A stretch of 64,000 nt of DNA from positions 96,001 to 160,000 of IMG/VR virus record IMGVR_UViG_3300005264_000040; one strand, written 5' to 3'. Source of the DNA: a virus. Shown here in pieces: positions 61,254 through 64,000 of this stretch; within the stretch, counting starts at the first letter, position 1; the number at the start of each line of letters is the position of its first letter. A program made the position numbers and the translations under genes. The notes under the pieces are model-generated. The model saw nothing but the letters and a program-made list of their open reading frames with translations. It did not search any database and was not told the origin of the DNA.

Positions 61254-61837
61254 ATAAATTTTGGTCAGGTAATAAAAATTCAGTTTTTAAAACATTGGGA
61301 GCAAGTAATCATGTGGATGCTGAAAGAGAACAACATGATTATTACGCAACAGAACCACGAGCTACTGAATTGTTGATGGAATTAGAAACGTTTAATGAAA
61401 ATATAATGGAACCAGCGTGTGGTGAGGGGCATATGGCTGAAGTTTTAAAGAAACATGGATATAATGTAGTTGCTTTTGATTTAATAGATAGAGGATATGG
61501 AAAAGTAATGGATTTTTTTCAGGTCAAAGAATGGGAAGGAGATATTATAACAAATCCACCTTATAAATATGCACAAAAATTCGTAGAACATGCTCTAGAA
61601 ATCATTCCTGAAGGAAATAAAATCGCATTCTTTTTAAAGATTTTATTTTTAGAAGGGAAAGCAAGAAGGAAGCTATTCGAAAAGAATCCTCCAAAATATG
61701 TATATGTTTCTTCATCACGATTAAAATGTGCTAAAAATGGAGATTTTGAAAACTTTGGTAGTAGTGCGGTTGCTTATGCATGGTTTGTATGGACAAAAGG
61801 ATATAAAGGCGAAACCATTTTAAAATGGTTCAATTAA
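61241..61837 (+). CDS. Phage amino-DNA methyltransferase (probably N6-adenine)
   Basis: DYYATEP, motif I EPACGEGH and motif IV IITNPPY. Confidence 0.85.
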   Translation: MGGINKFWSGNKNSVFKTLGASNHVDAEREQHDYYATEPRATELLMELETFNENIMEPACGEGHMAEVLKKHGYNVVAFDLIDRGYGKVMDFFQVKEWEGDIITNPPYKYAQKFVEHALEIIPEGNKIAFFLKILFLEGKARRKLFEKNPPKYVYVSSSRLKCAKNGDFENFGSSAVAYAWFVWTKGYKGETILKWFN

Positions 61838-61851
61838 GGAGTTGAGAAAAT

Positions 61852-62643
61852 ATGAAGTTAATTGCAAAGTCTTTAGGAAAATTGCAAGAACCTACTGATA
61901 ATGTTACAAGAATTTCGTTTAATACGGTTTCAGGAAAAATATATGCAGCATGGCCTATTGATGACGAAATATCTGTAAAAACCACACCCGGAGATGATTC
62001 CGATTACTTAGATTTTGATATACCTTTTGAATTTTATTTGACAGAAGCAAATAGGGGTTTATATGTAAGAGACAATATATTAGCAAGAGGTTGGCCTCCT
62101 TCTTTGCAAAGTCTTTTTGATTATACAATAGGAGAAGAAAAAGAAATACACGCTGTAATACCAAGTGATTCAAATTTGGAAAGCAAATATGCAGAAGTTA
62201 GATTATATAAAGTTGAGGATTTTGATGAAACGGGTACTTTAGTTAAAACGATAATGGAGGATTTAAACGATAATACTTTTGATATTAAATTTCAAGATTT
62301 AATTGTAGAACCTGGGTTATACAAGCTTAGAATCTTTAATTACGACTTAGGAAAACTTACAATAGATATTACTGCAAGAGAGAAAACAAAAGAAGAAGAA
62401 ACAGAAGCTACTTTAGGGATGGGACAAAAATTAATGTCAGATGCAGATAATGCACAAAAAGTTATGGAACTATTCAACAAAGCTGGATTAAACATGCAAG
62501 AAATAGGAGGCTTAACTCCTACACAAGCTGCAAAATTTGCTGACTGGATTAATCAAGTTAATAGTTTTTATAACGATACTACGAACTATAATCCGGAAGA
62601 TGAATTAGATTTAATTAATAAATTAAAAAATATTATGAATTAA
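61852..62643 (+). CDS. Hypothetical protein
   Basis: 263 aa with AAGGAG SD. Confidence 0.75.
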   Translation: MKLIAKSLGKLQEPTDNVTRISFNTVSGKIYAAWPIDDEISVKTTPGDDSDYLDFDIPFEFYLTEANRGLYVRDNILARGWPPSLQSLFDYTIGEEKEIHAVIPSDSNLESKYAEVRLYKVEDFDETGTLVKTIMEDLNDNTFDIKFQDLIVEPGLYKLRIFNYDLGKLTIDITAREKTKEEETEATLGMGQKLMSDADNAQKVMELFNKAGLNMQEIGGLTPTQAAKFADWINQVNSFYNDTTNYNPEDELDLINKLKNIMN

Positions 62644-62712
62644 GACTTAGCATTTTATTTTTTGATATGGTATAATAAATTAAGAAAAATATTTTATGGA
62701 GGTGTATGAAAT

Positions 62713-63192
62713 ATGTTATCATGGAAAGTAGTAGATATAGAAGGAAATGAATATGAAAATGTAACTCCAAGTACTTATTATTCAAAAACATCTTCACCTA
62801 TATCTAAAATTATAATAGATTCAGGTGTTACTCCAGATGTTTTAGATCAAGTAGTTGTTGATTTAGAAAACAAAAATTATACAATAGGTGAAAAATTAGA
62901 AACAGTAGTAGGACCAGATTACACAGTATCTTTCTCACCTTCTGAACCAATAGAAATGGTATGGTTTGCCAAAAGTATTTTAGATATACCTACATTTTCA
63001 GCTGCTTCAACAACTGAAAAGAAAGGTTTATTCTTATGTGTAAGAAGTCAAAGCGAGCCTTCCAAGCAATTAATTTTAGTTGTTAATGGAGCTGGATTTG
63101 TAATAGAAAACGTAGATTCTTCTATTTTAGGAATAGATTGGGATTCTAAGTTTTCAATGTTGCAATCAATAAAAAGCAAATATTCAGGCTGA
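62713..63192 (+). CDS. Hypothetical protein
   Basis: 159 aa, GGAGGTG SD and TGGTATAAT at 62668..62676. Confidence 0.75.
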   Translation: MLSWKVVDIEGNEYENVTPSTYYSKTSSPISKIIIDSGVTPDVLDQVVVDLENKNYTIGEKLETVVGPDYTVSFSPSEPIEMVWFAKSILDIPTFSAASTTEKKGLFLCVRSQSEPSKQLILVVNGAGFVIENVDSSILGIDWDSKFSMLQSIKSKYSG

Positions 63193-63237
63193 GGGTTTTA
63201 AACCCTCGCTTTTTCCTTAAAGGAGAGTGATTAAGAA

Positions 63238-64000
63238 ATGACAAAGTTGCAATTTATAAAAAAATATGCGGCTGCAGGCACTATTCCTATAGATGATGAT
63301 TTTGACTGGGATAATTTTAGTTGGAAGAAGAAAGACTCCAATAATTTTAATACAAAGGCCTGGAATTTAGCCGATGAATATAATCTCATAACAAAAGAAA
63401 AGAGCAAATCATTTAAAAGAGGATTAGGAATAGGAGCAGGAAGTACTGCAGCTTTAGGGTTAGGTGCTGCATATTTGTTATCGAAAAGCAAAAAGAAAAA
63501 GAAACAACAAGAATTGGTTACCGACGAAAAACAAAAAAACACACCTGCAGATTCGATTTTTGATTTTCAAATAGAACCTGAAAAAGAAAATAAGAAAATG
63601 GCTTCATTAATGGACTCAAATACAAAATTAGACAAAAAATTAGAAAAAGAGTTTGAAAAAACAGCGGGTATAACTACCGTTTTCAGACCTACTTTTTGGA
63701 AAAATCTGAAAAAACTCAAAACCATAAGAGGTGCTGCAGATGTAACAAAAGCCACAGTCAAAAGAAAAAAAGCAGATAAATTATTAAAGGTAATGCAAGA
63801 AAGGCTAAAACAAGATCCAGCAGATGAAGAAGCATTAAAATATTTGAATGCATACAAAAAACGTTTTAGACCAGAACCACCAGAACCGCCACGCGCACCG
63901 GAAACACCAGAAGTACCACAACAACCACAACAAAAGAATAATTATTCTCATAGAATAGCTGCGGGTTTAGGAGCAGCTGCAGGCTTTGCTGGAGGTACTT
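63238..64000 (+). CDS. Partial ORF (runs off the window): glycine-zipper protein with K-x-A motifs
   Basis: Manual translation MTKLQFIKKYAAAG..GLGIGAGSTAALGLGAAYLL..KKMAS..EKTAG..IAAGLGAAAGFAGG. AAGGAG SD. Absent from the ORF track because there is no stop codon in the window. Confidence 0.8.
   Translation, partial: MTKLQFIKKYAAAGTIPIDDDFDWDNFSWKKKDSNNFNTKAWNLADEYNLITKEKSKSFKRGLGIGAGSTAALGLGAAYLLSKSKKKKKQQELVTDEKQKNTPADSIFDFQIEPEKENKKMASLMDSNTKLDKKLEKEFEKTAGITTVFRPTFWKNLKKLKTIRGAADVTKATVKRKKADKLLKVMQERLKQDPADEEALKYLNAYKKRFRPEPPEPPRAPETPEVPQQPQQKNNYSHRIAAGLGAAAGFAGGT

Noticed and set aside
199-63857. Numerous short antisense or nested ORFs in the track (e.g. 199..396, 9141..9425, 50175..50531, 63231..63542, 63567..63857)
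   Set aside because: They lie opposite well-supported genes, lack SDs, and show the F/S/L/I bias expected of reverse-frame shadows.
1-64000. CRISPR array, tRNA, rRNA or IS/transposase
   Set aside because: No regularly spaced direct repeats, cloverleafs, rRNA-like GC-rich tracts or transposase motifs were seen. A scan with tRNAscan/CRISPR tools is still advisable.
1-64000. Alternative genetic code (stop-codon recoding as in some large phages)
   Set aside because: Very long ORFs and high coding density under the standard code; TAA, TAG and TGA all terminate plausible genes.

Overview
This is an AT-rich window from a large tailed dsDNA phage genome, probably a jumbo myovirus. Evidence: a phage-type multisubunit RNA polymerase beta subunit, a sigma-70-family factor, portal, baseplate spike, hub, J-like and tube-like proteins, four His-x-His tail fibres, a GH73 peptidoglycan hydrolase, Tmk, ThyX, RusA, HU and an NPPY-type DNA methyltransferase. 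Capsid, terminase and sheath genes were not recognised. The standard genetic code fits. The most unusual signals are: (1) an exact 81-bp element, containing a 72-bp quasi-palindrome, present twice in inverted orientation about 34 kb apart, in the only two long non-coding divergent regions, accompanied by a 6-5-6 operator-like motif; (2) a family of seven modular proteins (141-2814 aa) built from variable heads, a 14-residue Gln-anchored repeat stalk and a shared C-terminal module, one of them split by a +1 frameshift; (3) an RNAP beta gene that lacks exactly the conserved F/Y-M-P-x-x-G-Y-N-F-E-D active-site segment, with a frameshift at that point; (4) a recurrent K-x-A-[S/G/N/A] motif in putative head proteins; (5) a pyruvoyl arginine decarboxylase-like protein lacking its self-cleaving serines; (6) about 15 extended -10 promoters (TGnTATAAT), mostly without a -35. 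All family calls come from motif recognition by eye; no database search was run.
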